From: a virus
Lineage: Duplodnaviria; Caudoviricetes
DNA length: 64,000 nucleotides
IMG/VR virus record: IMGVR_UViG_3300028048_000039
Location: 192,001 to 256,000 of that record
Reading direction: 5' to 3' (one strand)
Of the stretch, positions 16,940 to 26,953 are shown piece after piece. The notes beneath the pieces are model-generated. The model saw only the letters and a list, made by a program, of their open reading frames with translations. It did not search any database and had not been told where the DNA came from. The translations under genes were made by a program, and so were the position numbers. Positions within the stretch are counted from its first letter, which is position 1. Every line of letters starts with the position of its first letter.

Positions 16940-16979
16940 ACTAATACTCTTGCAAAGACCATGCCAAACTTTACGGAAA

Positions 16980-17460
16980 ACCCATGATAGATAAAAAATA
17001 TTTACAATTGGGGAGCTATACCTATATTATATATAGAGAGGGAAGCTCATGTACATGCATGATAGGCCTAGAAACCATGGGAGCTTCCGGGTATAGACCC
17101 AGGGATAGCCGGGGTACCCGGTGGTGTAGTCCCCCTCCCATAGTCCCCCTGGCACTTTTGAAGGAATATGGGGGCACAGTTGCTTCCGACAAATCTCCCT
17201 ATTTTTTTCGTCATTTTCCATTAGGGGGGTACCCTTTCCCATCAAAAGGTACTACTTTTCCAAAAATTTTTCCACCTAAAATTTCCATCATTTCCCAAAC
17301 CTCACTTTCCTCTCAAAAACCATCGTCACCCAAATTTCATCTTTCCGAGAAAAAAAAAATCCCTAATGGATTACACTTCAAAAGCCATTTTCCATTAGGG
17401 GGGGGGGTCTAAAAATTGAGTAGGTACTACTTTCGGAATAAATTTTTCCCAGAATTTTTT
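16980..17460. repeat. Non-coding junction with short direct and inverted repeats
   Basis: TCCATTAGGG twice plus an inverted copy at 17361; AGGTACTACTTT twice; TAGTCCCC twice; GGGAGCT repeats; G and A homopolymers. Confidence 0.55.
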
Positions 17461-17529
17461 TCATCTTTTCCAACAAAATATATCTTGACTTTCACCCACA
17501 AAATATGTAAATTATTAGAAAAAGACAAT

Positions 17530-17832
17530 ATGTTGATGAATTTAAAAAATGAGGAAGAATCCATAAAGAAATATTTGGCTGAAGATATTTCGCCTGAAAT
17601 AAAAACATCCCCTGCAAAAATTGCTTGGATGGCGCTATCTAACGCTCTTTTCAATATTCAGCAGTATATGAAACATCGGGAAAACGAGTTAATCCCGAAT
17701 CCCAATAATCCAAAGGAAGGAAAAAGGCACCCGATAACTACAGAAGATGTTAAAAAATTGCTTGAGTATATTGATACGACTATCAATAACTGTATATCAG
17801 CAACCATTCCAAATATAAGAAAACAAGGATAA
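17530..17832 (+). CDS. Hypothetical protein
   Basis: ATG 17530 preferred over the upstream TTG start; TTGACT promoter-like sequence upstream; hairpin terminator at about 17851-17890. Confidence 0.65.
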   Translation: MLMNLKNEEESIKKYLAEDISPEIKTSPAKIAWMALSNALFNIQQYMKHRENELIPNPNNPKEGKRHPITTEDVKKLLEYIDTTINNCISATIPNIRKQG

Positions 17833-17911
17833 CTTTATGAAATACTAAAAAGAGGCCACAGAAAATTTTTAATCAACTGTGGCTTCTCTCTCACTTTAAA
17901 AGAAGTTTTTT

Positions 17912-19186
17912 CTATGCATTAACAATCACTTCCATCATGTCTGAAGAATATTCTTCCCCGTCAATGCTAAGGTAAGCGATAATTGGCTGTTCATAGTCTG
18001 GATGGGTTCCGGTGTTGATATACTTTTCTATTTCCTGACGATTGTGTTGTGCGACATTTGCTATTTCACTTGGTGATACTTCTGTGATGGCATATGCCTT
18101 CGGGCTGTAAGGGTTCGTCCATACGCTGCTGTCAAAACCATCATCATCGGCAACCCAAAGATAATATGTACCTCCGTCATAATCTATTCTATCCACATAC
18201 CAATATCCGTGATTCTCTGTCAACCCTTCACCTTCATAGTAGTTGTCGATATCTTCTTCATCGTAGTCTTCCACGCCGAAATATTCTCTCGTCTGGGTAT
18301 TATGACTTTTCACTTCAACGGTATTGAAATTAGTGTTAACACCAACGGATTCAGTTTCTGTTGACGAGATAAAACCGTCACAAGAGTCACAAATCAGATA
18401 ATCTATTGTTCCTGGAACATCAGAAGAATATTCTGAAAGCAAAGGAGAACCACCATTCCATTGATTTGGACTTGGTGCGACAGCCCCAAAGTCAACTCTT
18501 TTCACCTTAGAACACCCGTGAAAAATACTGTTTAATTCAATTCCGTGACCTATCGGATGGTAAATCTTAGGTGCCTTTACCATATTACTGCAATTATAAA
18601 ACATTGATTCAAATACGGATGAAGAATCGCTGGTTGATTTCATCGCCTTCGGTGGATATACAAGGCTGGTACAACCATAAAACATATAGTCAAATGTAAT
18701 ACCAATAGTCCCTTGCGTCGTTGGCAGGATAAGGTTTTCAGCATTAACCACTGCGCTTTGTCGGAATAAACTCGACAAAGGTACATTAACGCTTGTCAGC
18801 GATGAATAATTTGTCTTATTAATGATAGACAGCATATTTCCTTCAACATTAAATGGCGTTGAACATTGTATCCTGGTACTATAAGAGTAAGCGGTGTTTG
18901 TTGTTCTCCTGAAGGAAATCTTATCATCTTTAACAACACTGACTGTTCCGGGCCAAGACGCCCAATCACCGTCGTTTTTCCTGTATTCCATTCCGCTTAC
19001 ACTACTCCATGTAATTGTACCTGCGGAGAGCATGACCAGTGTCAAGGGCTTCTTTTCATATCCGCTATCCATAATTGTCTGATGCATGTCAGCGATATAG
19101 GCAACAAGCGGATAACAGGTGTCATCACAAGTGCTGATATAGGCGTTATATTCTGCTACTGTTGCGAATTTCCTTAATTTCTTCAT
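17912..19186 (-). CDS. BspA/DUF285-like leucine-rich repeat protein
   Basis: Repeats MFYGCTSL, MFYNCSNM, IFHGCSKV; late motif at 19205-19212. Confidence 0.75.
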   Translation of the reverse strand: MKKLRKFATVAEYNAYISTCDDTCYPLVAYIADMHQTIMDSGYEKKPLTLVMLSAGTITWSSVSGMEYRKNDGDWASWPGTVSVVKDDKISFRRTTNTAYSYSTRIQCSTPFNVEGNMLSIINKTNYSSLTSVNVPLSSLFRQSAVVNAENLILPTTQGTIGITFDYMFYGCTSLVYPPKAMKSTSDSSSVFESMFYNCSNMVKAPKIYHPIGHGIELNSIFHGCSKVKRVDFGAVAPSPNQWNGGSPLLSEYSSDVPGTIDYLICDSCDGFISSTETESVGVNTNFNTVEVKSHNTQTREYFGVEDYDEEDIDNYYEGEGLTENHGYWYVDRIDYDGGTYYLWVADDDGFDSSVWTNPYSPKAYAITEVSPSEIANVAQHNRQEIEKYINTGTHPDYEQPIIAYLSIDGEEYSSDMMEVIVNA

Positions 19187-19350
19187 AATTTTCTATTTTT
19201 TTACATAAATAGCGCTTTTTCCTGAATAATTTTTTATAAGAAAACATTAAATAACGACCGAGGTTGGCTTCCGCCAACCTTTTTTTATCATCGGGCCTAA
19301 CTTATTTGGTTAAATAAACTATTTATAAAGAAATTACCTTTTAGTTAGAA

Positions 19351-21294
19351 ATGACATTATTTGAAAATATATGCCTCGACCTACTCCTTGAGGGAAAGAC
19401 CCCTGAGGAAATCCTTGCTGCGCTTAAGTACAAGTTTAAGGACGTTCCTGAGGAAGTAATCCTCAAGTTGTTCGAGATGGATACAACGAAGAAGAAGTCT
19501 TATACCCAGTGGGTATTGTCCCATTGGGCTGAGGAGGGTGCGGAGATTGAACAACTCATCGTCAGTGGGAAAATGAAAGAGGTCTTTGACTTCATTAAGG
19601 AAACCCATGACATACAGATACAGGGTTATAAGTCAGTTAAGGAACTCGTTGAGGACCTTAAGTATAAGATGAGCAGCGGGCTTGACCTCCTTGAGAAAAA
19701 TGGAACTGGGTCTGAAAACGACTTTACAATCCTCTACAATAGCCCTGAATGGGTGGTCGTCACCCCTAATACTTATGAAGCGTCACATAAGCTTGGTGTC
19801 GGAACTTCATGGTGTACTGCTGGATGGAGATATAATAATGGAAAGTATTATTATGACAGGTATCTTAATGACTACGGTGGGAAGTATTACATTAACTTTG
19901 ATAAACGAGGTGGGGAGAAGGATTGTGCTGGGGTTGAACGTCCGTATAAGAGATATCAATTCCACTTCGAGTCAAACCAATTTATGAACATCTTGGATAG
20001 ACCAATAAGCCTCGTCAGCATAAACATGCCGGAAGATGTCATTGAGTTTTATGAGAAAGTTGAACCCGTCAAAATGGAAAAACTTGTCAATTCAGCAAAA
20101 CATGAGAAGAGAAAGCAAGCTTACCTTGCTGCAAGACGTGAATATGCAATTCATGTTAGTGGAGATTATTCAATTCTTCCTAAATATGATGATACTCTTA
20201 ATCCCGAAAACTTACCTAACATAAGGGAATTCGGTCTCTATGATATGGAATACGATGAGGTTGACCCTATTTCGCTTGATTATTTCAATAAAAATATCTT
20301 ATTCTACGGAGAAATTAATAATTACTTTGTCCTAATTGTTAATACTAACGTTGATGACACAACTGACTATGGCGGAAATTTGAAAACATATTTTAAAGGC
20401 GAATACCCATGTAATCCGACATTTTATGTTTCTAGGGGTGACGGCCCCTTCGGTAGGTGGTATGGCTTTGATAGGTGTGACAATGCCTTTTATAGCGTCT
20501 TAGAAAATAACTTATTTGTTATCACTGGGGATAGAGTTTGTGACCTTCTAACTAACATCGAAAATCCATTTGATGATGAAGCCACACCACAAAAAGCTTT
20601 TTTAAATTGTGAAATTGACGGTAAACAGTATTTTGAAGTAGTTTGGGAAAATGGTTTCCATTCTCTCTATTGTTCCAATACTAATTTTTCTAATGCCTTT
20701 TCACGAGATTATAGTCACCGAGAAAGGTTTTACCCTATAATTTCTTTGGACCTGCCACCAGAAGGTAAGGAAAAATTTGAGGTTACAATGAATTCAGCTA
20801 AAGGTAAGCTCATACACAATTATGATATATCACCCAATAACAATAATTTCAAAATCATAAAACAGCTATACGACAATTTTTATGTTGCCACGACTCTGAA
20901 GGATAGTAACTACCGTATGGTTTATGACATTACAGAACAATGTGAATGTTTTTTTACTAACAACGCTGGTAGTAGCCAGGTTAGAGATTTTGACTGGATA
21001 ACAAAAATACCAGACCGCCCATTTTTTATTGGTTCATTGGGGAGTTATTCGTTTTTATTTTCTTTACCATTAAGAAAGATGGCTTCTGCTGTGCTTTATG
21101 AATATGAAATCGATTATGAAGAAGGCAAAGTTTATGATTATGATAACAATAAAGTAACCATCCTACATGATAATGGTGAATATGAGATAAAAGATTGGAA
21201 TGAGGACGAAGGAGAGGGTGAGGAAATGACCAGCAAGGCAATCTCAGAGAACTTTAGCAGATTCTTGAAACGAATAAATGATGTAAAGTTCTAA
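19351..21294 (+). CDS. Putative internal virion protein with WCT domain
   Basis: LLLE leader, SWCTAG...YQFHFESNQFM domain, C-terminal ISENFSRFLKRI tag, late motif. Confidence 0.75.
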   Translation: MTLFENICLDLLLEGKTPEEILAALKYKFKDVPEEVILKLFEMDTTKKKSYTQWVLSHWAEEGAEIEQLIVSGKMKEVFDFIKETHDIQIQGYKSVKELVEDLKYKMSSGLDLLEKNGTGSENDFTILYNSPEWVVVTPNTYEASHKLGVGTSWCTAGWRYNNGKYYYDRYLNDYGGKYYINFDKRGGEKDCAGVERPYKRYQFHFESNQFMNILDRPISLVSINMPEDVIEFYEKVEPVKMEKLVNSAKHEKRKQAYLAARREYAIHVSGDYSILPKYDDTLNPENLPNIREFGLYDMEYDEVDPISLDYFNKNILFYGEINNYFVLIVNTNVDDTTDYGGNLKTYFKGEYPCNPTFYVSRGDGPFGRWYGFDRCDNAFYSVLENNLFVITGDRVCDLLTNIENPFDDEATPQKAFLNCEIDGKQYFEVVWENGFHSLYCSNTNFSNAFSRDYSHRERFYPIISLDLPPEGKEKFEVTMNSAKGKLIHNYDISPNNNNFKIIKQLYDNFYVATTLKDSNYRMVYDITEQCECFFTNNAGSSQVRDFDWITKIPDRPFFIGSLGSYSFLFSLPLRKMASAVLYEYEIDYEEGKVYDYDNNKVTILHDNGEYEIKDWNEDEGEGEEMTSKAISENFSRFLKRINDVKF

Positions 21295-21367
21295 GGTAAA
21301 GAAAATGCCGTAGGGAAAAAATATCTCTACGGCAAATATTTTAAACTTTTTAGTACTCATTTCATCT

Positions 21368-23464
21368 TTAAGCCCCGAAAAGGCTATTCCTATTACGAAT
21401 TCTTCTTAACATGTCAGCATCGACCATTATCCATCCCCAATAATCATTGCTCCTATTCATGTTAAAGTGGAAATCATTATCTTCTTTTCTAATTGTTTCC
21501 CTATAATGTGCATTATTTGAGCGGCCATTATATGTTACTTGCACCCTAAAGTGTCCATCGCAAAAGTCTTTGTTAGCAGTTAATATATAAGCACGTCTGT
21601 CGAAATCATATCTATCTCTCAGTTTATTAAGTTCTTCGCTAGTTATGCACAACTTAGGGCTTGTAAAGTTACAAATATATTCTCCCGGAGAGAAATTCAT
21701 CTTAGTTCTATCCATGATGATATCCCAGGCATCTTCCTTGGTAAATGTTGACAAGAATTGTTTCTCTTGCTCTTCCCAAGAGCGTTCAGTTTCATTAAGG
21801 GCTTCGTTTACATATTCTACTTTCTTTCTTAAACCACCTTTCAACGAAGATTCATCTACACGCCTAACACCAATGTACTGGTCATTTTCATCATAGCATT
21901 CAAAGTCTGGGGTAACCTTGGCAAAATTGGTATCAGGGTCAATCTTAACGGTAAATGTAATACTCTTATAATTTGCATCTATTACAATAGTGCGCTTCTC
22001 GTTTATATCATATTCATTAAATTGATTGCAAAGCATGAAATTACCATTTTTAAGTATCTCCTTTACTTCCTCTAAGGTCTTTCCATTGAACATTCTCTGT
22101 ACTTCGCTATAATCTCGATAACATTGCATCTCAGACTTAAGGCCCCTCTTTAAACTGTTTTCATCAAGCTTTTTCTTCAAGAACTTCCTCAATGAGCCGC
22201 TTTCTGGCCTATTAAGATTATCACCATCAATTTTTCCGAAGCAATACATTGCATCGCCATAGGTTATTCCGTCTGTTCTTGCCCATTCGTCACCATATCT
22301 TTCCGTCATGAATTCCCTAATACGTTTATTAAGTTCTTCATCTGCAGATATTTCTGAAAGTTTTGGATATGTAATTGTTATTTCTTTAGGAGAATTTTCA
22401 TAACCGCCAGTATAACTGTTGCTTCCTTCTGTTGCCTCTAAGTTAAACTGTCCAGTAGCATGCCCATCATAACAAATAACATCATAGACACGTGGTTTGG
22501 AATTGCCAAAAAAGCGTTTATCCACAAATCCAACTTCCGTTTCATAATTAGAAGTTTCTTCATTTAACTCTTTCTTCTTCAGGAAATCTCTTAATGAACC
22601 CTTCTGCGGAACATAACCAAGTGATACTTTCTTACGATTTTTCATTTCTTCCCCATTGGAAATCTCTATATTCTTAGGGTCCCATAATGCAATCATGACA
22701 TCAGCATAATCTACTTTGTCCTCGTCCATATCATCATAATTTTCATAATGGACATTCAGAACATTTTTCTTCATTTCCTCATCAGATAATACTTCCGCTA
22801 ACTTAGGATATGTCATCTTTAAATATTCTGGGCCATTATCATCTGGCTCCCTCTTAAACCCAAATGCCACTCCGTCATAACATTCCCAGTAATATGTATG
22901 ATAATAACTCCCGCCATCCCTAAAAATCTTTGGGGAAAGGACGTCAAAATCAGCCCAAGTTACTTTACTATCATTGCCTATTTCTTCGTTCAATTCTTTC
23001 TTTTTCATAAAATCCTTCAATGAACCCTTTGTTGGTTGTTTATTTGACGATTGGTTCTTTGGTGGCCTTCCATCAATAATTGCTCGCAAATTTTCATACT
23101 CTTCTAAGGTAATTGCTTCTATGTTTGGGAACGTGCGCATTATGTCACCATAATTTATCTGTTCTGGCTGGTCTTTTTCAAGATTATAATAATCACATGT
23201 GCTGAGAACTTCTCTCGTCATTTTCTCATCTGCTAATACCTCACTTAATTTAGGGTATTCTGCCTTTACTATGTAGCGCACTCCATTTGGACCTTTAAAA
23301 TTTTTTATAGAAAAGGCCGTTCCGTCATAACACAAGAAGTCAGACCAGAAATCATCTGGAATACCATCACCATATACATCCATACCATAATGAATTGGTT
23401 CCCCCAGGCTGACCTCGTTCAATTCCTTCTTTTTCATATTTCGCTTAGCAGTTAAAGAACCCAT
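21368..23464 (-). CDS. Modular repeat (poly)protein with GSL..F.KKKELNE linkers
   Basis: Three CYDG...YPKL(S/A)E...Y(G/A)D modules plus two unrelated modules separated by repeated linkers. Confidence 0.8.
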   Translation of the reverse strand: MGSLTAKRNMKKKELNEVSLGEPIHYGMDVYGDGIPDDFWSDFLCYDGTAFSIKNFKGPNGVRYIVKAEYPKLSEVLADEKMTREVLSTCDYYNLEKDQPEQINYGDIMRTFPNIEAITLEEYENLRAIIDGRPPKNQSSNKQPTKGSLKDFMKKKELNEEIGNDSKVTWADFDVLSPKIFRDGGSYYHTYYWECYDGVAFGFKREPDDNGPEYLKMTYPKLAEVLSDEEMKKNVLNVHYENYDDMDEDKVDYADVMIALWDPKNIEISNGEEMKNRKKVSLGYVPQKGSLRDFLKKKELNEETSNYETEVGFVDKRFFGNSKPRVYDVICYDGHATGQFNLEATEGSNSYTGGYENSPKEITITYPKLSEISADEELNKRIREFMTERYGDEWARTDGITYGDAMYCFGKIDGDNLNRPESGSLRKFLKKKLDENSLKRGLKSEMQCYRDYSEVQRMFNGKTLEEVKEILKNGNFMLCNQFNEYDINEKRTIVIDANYKSITFTVKIDPDTNFAKVTPDFECYDENDQYIGVRRVDESSLKGGLRKKVEYVNEALNETERSWEEQEKQFLSTFTKEDAWDIIMDRTKMNFSPGEYICNFTSPKLCITSEELNKLRDRYDFDRRAYILTANKDFCDGHFRVQVTYNGRSNNAHYRETIRKEDNDFHFNMNRSNDYWGWIMVDADMLRRIRNRNSLFGA

Positions 23465-23472
23465 AACTTCAA

Positions 23473-23799
23473 TTATCTCTTCTTATAAAATTCAACGACG
23501 GTTTCCTCGTCCTCATCATCTTCTTGCCAATTATAACCAAGTCTATCCATGACATCATTGCAAATCTGGACGTCTTCCCAATCCTTTCCGTAGATGTTGA
23601 TTGCAACCATGTCATAACCAAATCCTATGACATCATCATCGTCAAGGTCCAATCCAGCAGCTTGAAGCTTAATTCTTATATTATTACGTTCATTAATATC
23701 AATAAACTCATTAAGTGCCTTACGTTCTCCATAAATTGCCTCGTTGATTGCACTCATGATAAGTCTCTTTAATTTATTTTCGCTTAATGTAATTTTCAT
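23473..23799 (-). CDS. Small putative internal head protein
   Basis: N-terminal KITLSENKLKRLI..AINE tag, LNE site, late motif at 23817. Confidence 0.75.
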   Translation of the reverse strand: MKITLSENKLKRLIMSAINEAIYGERKALNEFIDINERNNIRIKLQAAGLDLDDDDVIGFGYDMVAINIYGKDWEDVQICNDVMDRLGYNWQEDDEDEETVVEFYKKR

Positions 23800-23894
23800 A
23801 AAAATGATATTTCTTTATAAATAGTTTAAAACCCACTAAAACATTGACAAAATCATGGCTTTAGTTTATTTTATTTATAAATTACACATGAATT

Positions 23895-24335
23895 ATGAAG
23901 GAAAAAGTTAAGTTTAATATGGGTTCATCATATTTTTTTGAGGGCCTTGAGGGTTATAAGGCAAAGGACCACGATGAGCTTTGCATAATGGAGGGTTTCT
24001 CTGAGAGAATTAAGAGTAACGTCTTGAATATGAAATTGAACGGAAATGACGTATTCTTCTTCAGGGATATGGATAAGGATGGCTTCATTAATGATACAAT
24101 TAGCTGCAAAGTACCAATGCGTGTCGGAAAGTTCCTAATCCCGGAATTTTGCAAGTATATTAACTTTAAGGTGGAAGATTATGAGAGACTGAAGGAATGC
24201 TTTGATGCTCTTGATGAAAAGCACCAATACGAGAAGCTGATTAGGGATTATTACATTGAAAATGGTGATTTCACGCTTACTGATGAACAAAGGAAAAACG
24301 CCTATGAACTTTACAAGAAGGAGAGGGATAAGTAA
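23895..24335 (+). CDS. Hypothetical protein
   Basis: 146-aa ORF, TTGACA upstream, hairpin terminator at about 24357-24389. Confidence 0.8.
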   Translation: MKEKVKFNMGSSYFFEGLEGYKAKDHDELCIMEGFSERIKSNVLNMKLNGNDVFFFRDMDKDGFINDTISCKVPMRVGKFLIPEFCKYINFKVEDYERLKECFDALDEKHQYEKLIRDYYIENGDFTLTDEQRKNAYELYKKERDK

Positions 24336-24423
24336 AAACCGCATTAAATGGTAAAAAAGGGGCTGTTTCATAATGAGAAATGGCCCCTTCATACTATTTA
24401 TAAAAAAATATACTTTAACAATT

Positions 24424-26952
24424 ATGATATTAAATGAGTCAAGTAGGGATAACCTATTATTACCATACTTAGAATTGTACAACAGCAAGGTTGGGGAAGG
24501 AGAGAAGAGGACTCTTCCTGATATGAAGAAGGCGTTGTTAAGGAAATTTGTTAACGAGGCCCTAATGAGGAACCTTTCCCTTGAATCAAATTATTACCTT
24601 GCCGGAGTTGCCAGATATTACTTCAATGGGGACCTTACAACGAATAAGGTTGACATCCTTAATGTATTTAGCGGAGAGGCTGGAAGTACTGACCAGTTTA
24701 ATCAGGAAATATGCCAGAGGCTTAATGCTCTCATATTGGTGTTGAGAAATGCTTATATTGACAGCGTTGGAACCCAGTTTGAACAACCAGAGGATTTTGG
24801 AACATTATCAATCGCTAAGTTGCTGAGGAAATATAACAAGGCAATCAATGCTGAACTTGGCATTGAAACCCCAAAGAAGGGAAAGAAAGTAAAACCTGTC
24901 GAAGAAATTGATAGAAATGACAGTGTTGGTAACGGTTATACTTTCGATATCCTTTATTCATATGATGAGGCAAGGAAGTACCATTCCGCAACAGAACCTG
25001 GTGCATGGTGTATCACATACGGAGAACATCACTATAATTATTACATTAAGCAACTTGGCATCCATTATGTTATATTCAGGAAAGATGGTTATGAAAATGT
25101 TGAGAGGAAGAAGGGGCCTAATTGGACCCGTCAGAAACCACAGGATGAATATGGAAATTCGCTCATTGCCTTTCTCCAAAGTAATAAGACAGGAGAACCA
25201 GTTTACATAACATCAAGGTGGAACCACGGGGCTTATGGCGATGATAGTAGTTGTGAGGCCGACCATGCTTACACTAAGGAAGAATTCATGGAGAAGACTG
25301 GTGTAACGGAAGCCGACATTCAGAGAATTTTTAAGATTTGGAAAACCGATAAACCAAAGAAAGATGCTGAAGGTGGTGGGGTTGATAGGAAGGCAATAAA
25401 TGCAGCGAAGCTTAAGGCTTCTAGAATAATTAAATATACACAAATGCTGTTAGCTCAGGGTGCAGACATTGAGTCGGCCCTTATGCCACATAAAGACAAT
25501 TTATCTTCAATGGTGTTGACAAATAATGATAAATTAGCCGAATTAAGGAATAGTATTTACAAGGCAACTGATGAAGCAACAAAGGAAAGTCTTAGGAAAT
25601 CTGTACGTAAACTCTTAAGAAAGTCAAGTGTTGGCTGTCTATTAACCGTTGATAATAGGAAGTTTGCATTCTTAATTGATGGCGGAAAAATTTCAATTGA
25701 TACCATAACAGACTTCGGTGATTATTCTGGCCGTGCTAGTTGGCTGTTTAATAAGGGTAATGAAAATGTTATATTGTTCGGTACTGATAAACATGGTTGG
25801 GTTGTCTATGATAAAATTAGAAAGACGCCATTAGTTGTTGATGGGAAAAAGAAGTTTAAATATGTGTCTTTTAGCTTACCTTGGGAAGTTAAGAATGAGA
25901 GGACGAGTGATAATGGTGAATATGTCGTAAATAAACCAGATTACTATGTGGTTGGCACGTCAACAACATCATACGCCCTCATTAATTATAGGACAAATGA
26001 ACCATTCTTATTGCCAAATGGCTCTCCATGGTTTGAAAAAGTTGTTTCTGAGAACACTCACTTAGTTGACCATGGCTACGGTAATGATTATGCTATTAAA
26101 CTTGACCATTATTTAGCCTTGGGGTTCACGTATGACTCAGCTAGAAATGAATATTATGTCTATGACGTAAAGACTAGGTCATTCCTTGACCTTCCTAATA
26201 CTAGCTATTTTTTATATTGCGGTGGAATAGGAAACTTAGTAGAACAAGGATGTTATGTTATACATGGTTATACAAATAATGATTATAATAGCGGGGTTGA
26301 CCTCATATATAAGGATGGTAAGCGTTCCAGTGAATTTCCTGACATGTATAGCATGCTTAATTTTGAAGATGACGAGTTTACCGTCATGAGGACAGTAAAT
26401 GGCGAAGACTACATTAACATACGTGACGAACATTCAGGATTGGCCACAACACTTAAAGTGACTATACCAGAAGAAATCCTTCAAGACAAAACCCCTTATT
26501 TTAGATTTGCCGAAAAAATTGGGACAAACCGAGTTATTGTATTTTCACTCACGAATAAAGATAGGGATAACTACGGTTACAGAACTGCCTTTGGTTATGT
26601 TGTATTAGTATATGATGGTAATGGGATAAGATTGTTAAAGAATGGGGTTGATAGGAATGGCGGATATATATTCCCTAAGGTTACCAATTGGTATTATAGC
26701 GGTAATGATTTTGATGGATACTTGCTTATTGGATTTTTTCGTGGCAATGGCGGCATTTATAAAATAGCCAATTCAAATACTAACAGCCTTGTTCCTTGTA
26801 AAATCGACAATGATACATTGGTAATTGATAGAGAAGCACAAGTTCAACAAGTTCGTGAAAGTAAGAAGAGTGTTGGTCTCACTGCTGGTGACGTAAAGAC
26901 TATGGTTTCAGAATGTGTTAAGAGAATAATTGAAAGAAAATTATTAAAGTAA
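24424..26952 (+). CDS. Putative internal virion protein, paralog 1 of 3
   Basis: Start at MILNESSRD by alignment to paralogs; AWCITYG, DEYG.SLIA, SRWNHG motifs; C-terminal tag. Confidence 0.85.
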   Translation: MILNESSRDNLLLPYLELYNSKVGEGEKRTLPDMKKALLRKFVNEALMRNLSLESNYYLAGVARYYFNGDLTTNKVDILNVFSGEAGSTDQFNQEICQRLNALILVLRNAYIDSVGTQFEQPEDFGTLSIAKLLRKYNKAINAELGIETPKKGKKVKPVEEIDRNDSVGNGYTFDILYSYDEARKYHSATEPGAWCITYGEHHYNYYIKQLGIHYVIFRKDGYENVERKKGPNWTRQKPQDEYGNSLIAFLQSNKTGEPVYITSRWNHGAYGDDSSCEADHAYTKEEFMEKTGVTEADIQRIFKIWKTDKPKKDAEGGGVDRKAINAAKLKASRIIKYTQMLLAQGADIESALMPHKDNLSSMVLTNNDKLAELRNSIYKATDEATKESLRKSVRKLLRKSSVGCLLTVDNRKFAFLIDGGKISIDTITDFGDYSGRASWLFNKGNENVILFGTDKHGWVVYDKIRKTPLVVDGKKKFKYVSFSLPWEVKNERTSDNGEYVVNKPDYYVVGTSTTSYALINYRTNEPFLLPNGSPWFEKVVSENTHLVDHGYGNDYAIKLDHYLALGFTYDSARNEYYVYDVKTRSFLDLPNTSYFLYCGGIGNLVEQGCYVIHGYTNNDYNSGVDLIYKDGKRSSEFPDMYSMLNFEDDEFTVMRTVNGEDYINIRDEHSGLATTLKVTIPEEILQDKTPYFRFAEKIGTNRVIVFSLTNKDRDNYGYRTAFGYVVLVYDGNGIRLLKNGVDRNGGYIFPKVTNWYYSGNDFDGYLLIGFFRGNGGIYKIANSNTNSLVPCKIDNDTLVIDREAQVQQVRESKKSVGLTAGDVKTMVSECVKRIIERKLLK

Positions 26953-26953
26953 T

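Larger units (their letters stand above)
1833..16966 (-). promoter_or_regulatory. Array of 18 sigma54-type (-24/-12) promoters
   Basis: Consensus TGGCACG-N4-TTG(C/T)W with invariant spacing; 16-bp cores start at 1833, 3581, 5614, 6203, 7025, 7283, 8111, 8508, 9277, 10229, 10394, 11407, 12358, 12919, 13590, 14804, 16729, 16951; degenerate copies near 3082 and 16002. Confidence 0.85.

Noticed and set aside
1400-17000. CRISPR array or attC-type integron cassettes
   Set aside because: Repeats are promoter/leader motifs with gene-sized irregular spacing; no constant repeat-spacer period, no attC-like ends and no integrase seen
16984-17412. 142-aa plus-strand ORF in the junction
   Set aside because: Pro/Ser/Gly-rich translation of repeats and homopolymers with atypical composition; likely spurious
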